From positions 1 through 36,550 of the forward strand of contig JAGGSF010000018.1 of assembly GCA_021159235.1 (NCBI GenBank): a stretch of 36,550 bases of DNA, read 5' to 3'. Origin of the DNA: Deltaproteobacteria bacterium. Lineage in GTDB: Bacteria; Campylobacterota_A; Desulfurellia; JAGGSF01. A model generated the notes under the pieces. The model ran no database searches. It was given only the letters and a program-made list of their open reading frames with translations, and was not told the origin of the DNA. Shown here one piece after another: positions 36,438 through 36,550 of the stretch. The position numbers were made by a program, and so were the translations under genes. Position 1 is the first letter of the stretch; every line of letters starts with the position of its first letter.

Positions 36438-36446
36438 CCACTCAAG

Positions 36447-36477
36447 ATACTATGCATCAAAGACCCACCTTAGTCAA
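36447..36477 (-). promoter_or_regulatory. Candidate promoter upstream of tRNA-Arg
   Basis: The minus strand has TTGACT (36477..36472), then either CATAGT after 17 nt or TAGTAT (36452..36447) after 19 nt. This would place the transcription start within a few nt of the mature tRNA 5' end. The -10 match is weak. Confidence 0.3.
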
Positions 36478-36550
36478 GCTTTTACCTGTGCCAATGAAAT
36501 GCATAGTTGATTCTAAACATAACATGCAATAGAGTATATAACATGTTTGG

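Noticed and set aside
34812-36550. tRNA-Arg as an integration site for a genomic island
   Set aside because: No integrase, direct repeat of the tRNA 3' end, or foreign-looking genes flank it. The adjacent genes are housekeeping (dciA-like, sugar dehydrogenase, bamD) and share the composition and SD usage of the rest of the window.
1-36550. CRISPR arrays, IS elements, prophage or defence-system genes
   Set aside because: I found no spaced direct repeats, no terminal inverted repeats and no transposase, integrase, nuclease-helicase or methyltransferase ORFs. Every ORF longer than 90 aa that is not antisense junk has a housekeeping, chaperone or envelope assignment, except the 125-aa ORF at 9684-10061.

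Overview
This is an AT-rich bacterial chromosome segment. Coding strands are strongly purine-skewed and the proteins are rich in Lys, Glu and Ile, which suggests a thermophilic diderm. The lineage cannot be assigned from the sequence alone. I can support 35 protein genes (one cut by the left edge) and one tRNA, and almost the whole window is coding. I see no transposase, integrase, phage gene, CRISPR array, toxin-antitoxin pair or recognisable defence gene. Layout: (1) minus strand 1-2943 holds an ArsB/NhaD-type permease followed by atpF'-atpF-atpH, the start of a split F-ATPase operon. (2) Plus strand 3095-5308 holds metE. (3) Minus strand 5301-8375 holds hsp20-clpB. (4) Plus strand 8497-9656 holds cbpA-hspR, divergent from hsp20-clpB across a 121-bp control region with twin HAIR-like sites. 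(5) Minus strand 36437-9684 holds tRNA-Arg(CCG) followed, with essentially no intergenic DNA, by 26 genes. In order these are: dciA-like, UDP-sugar 6-dehydrogenase, bamD, a minimal alpha-crystallin protein, lon, lolC/E, lolD, bamA, skp, lpxD, fabZ, lpxA, lpxB, DUF374/lpxJ-like, lpxK, msbA, waaA, two GT9, a CE4 deacetylase, GT4, uvrC, a TPR lipoprotein, pgsA, a UbiA-family prenyltransferase and a small membrane/HTH-like ORF. Verdict: this is core housekeeping and envelope DNA, not an accessory island, and I did not find a convincing new multi-gene system. The items most worth a second look are the gap-free 26.7-kb array, the tail-less alpha-crystallin gene translationally locked between bamD and lon, the tRNA that abuts the dciA-like start codon (5 nt apart), and the HspR-type control region with an apparently leaderless cbpA. 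Smaller items are a few domain or architecture oddities: a permease with a periplasmic beta-sandwich domain, and a CE4 enzyme with a large insertion. Several start codons in the supplied ORF track were re-called from SD evidence (b', lolD, bamA). All functional calls rest on motif recognition by eye; no database search was run.
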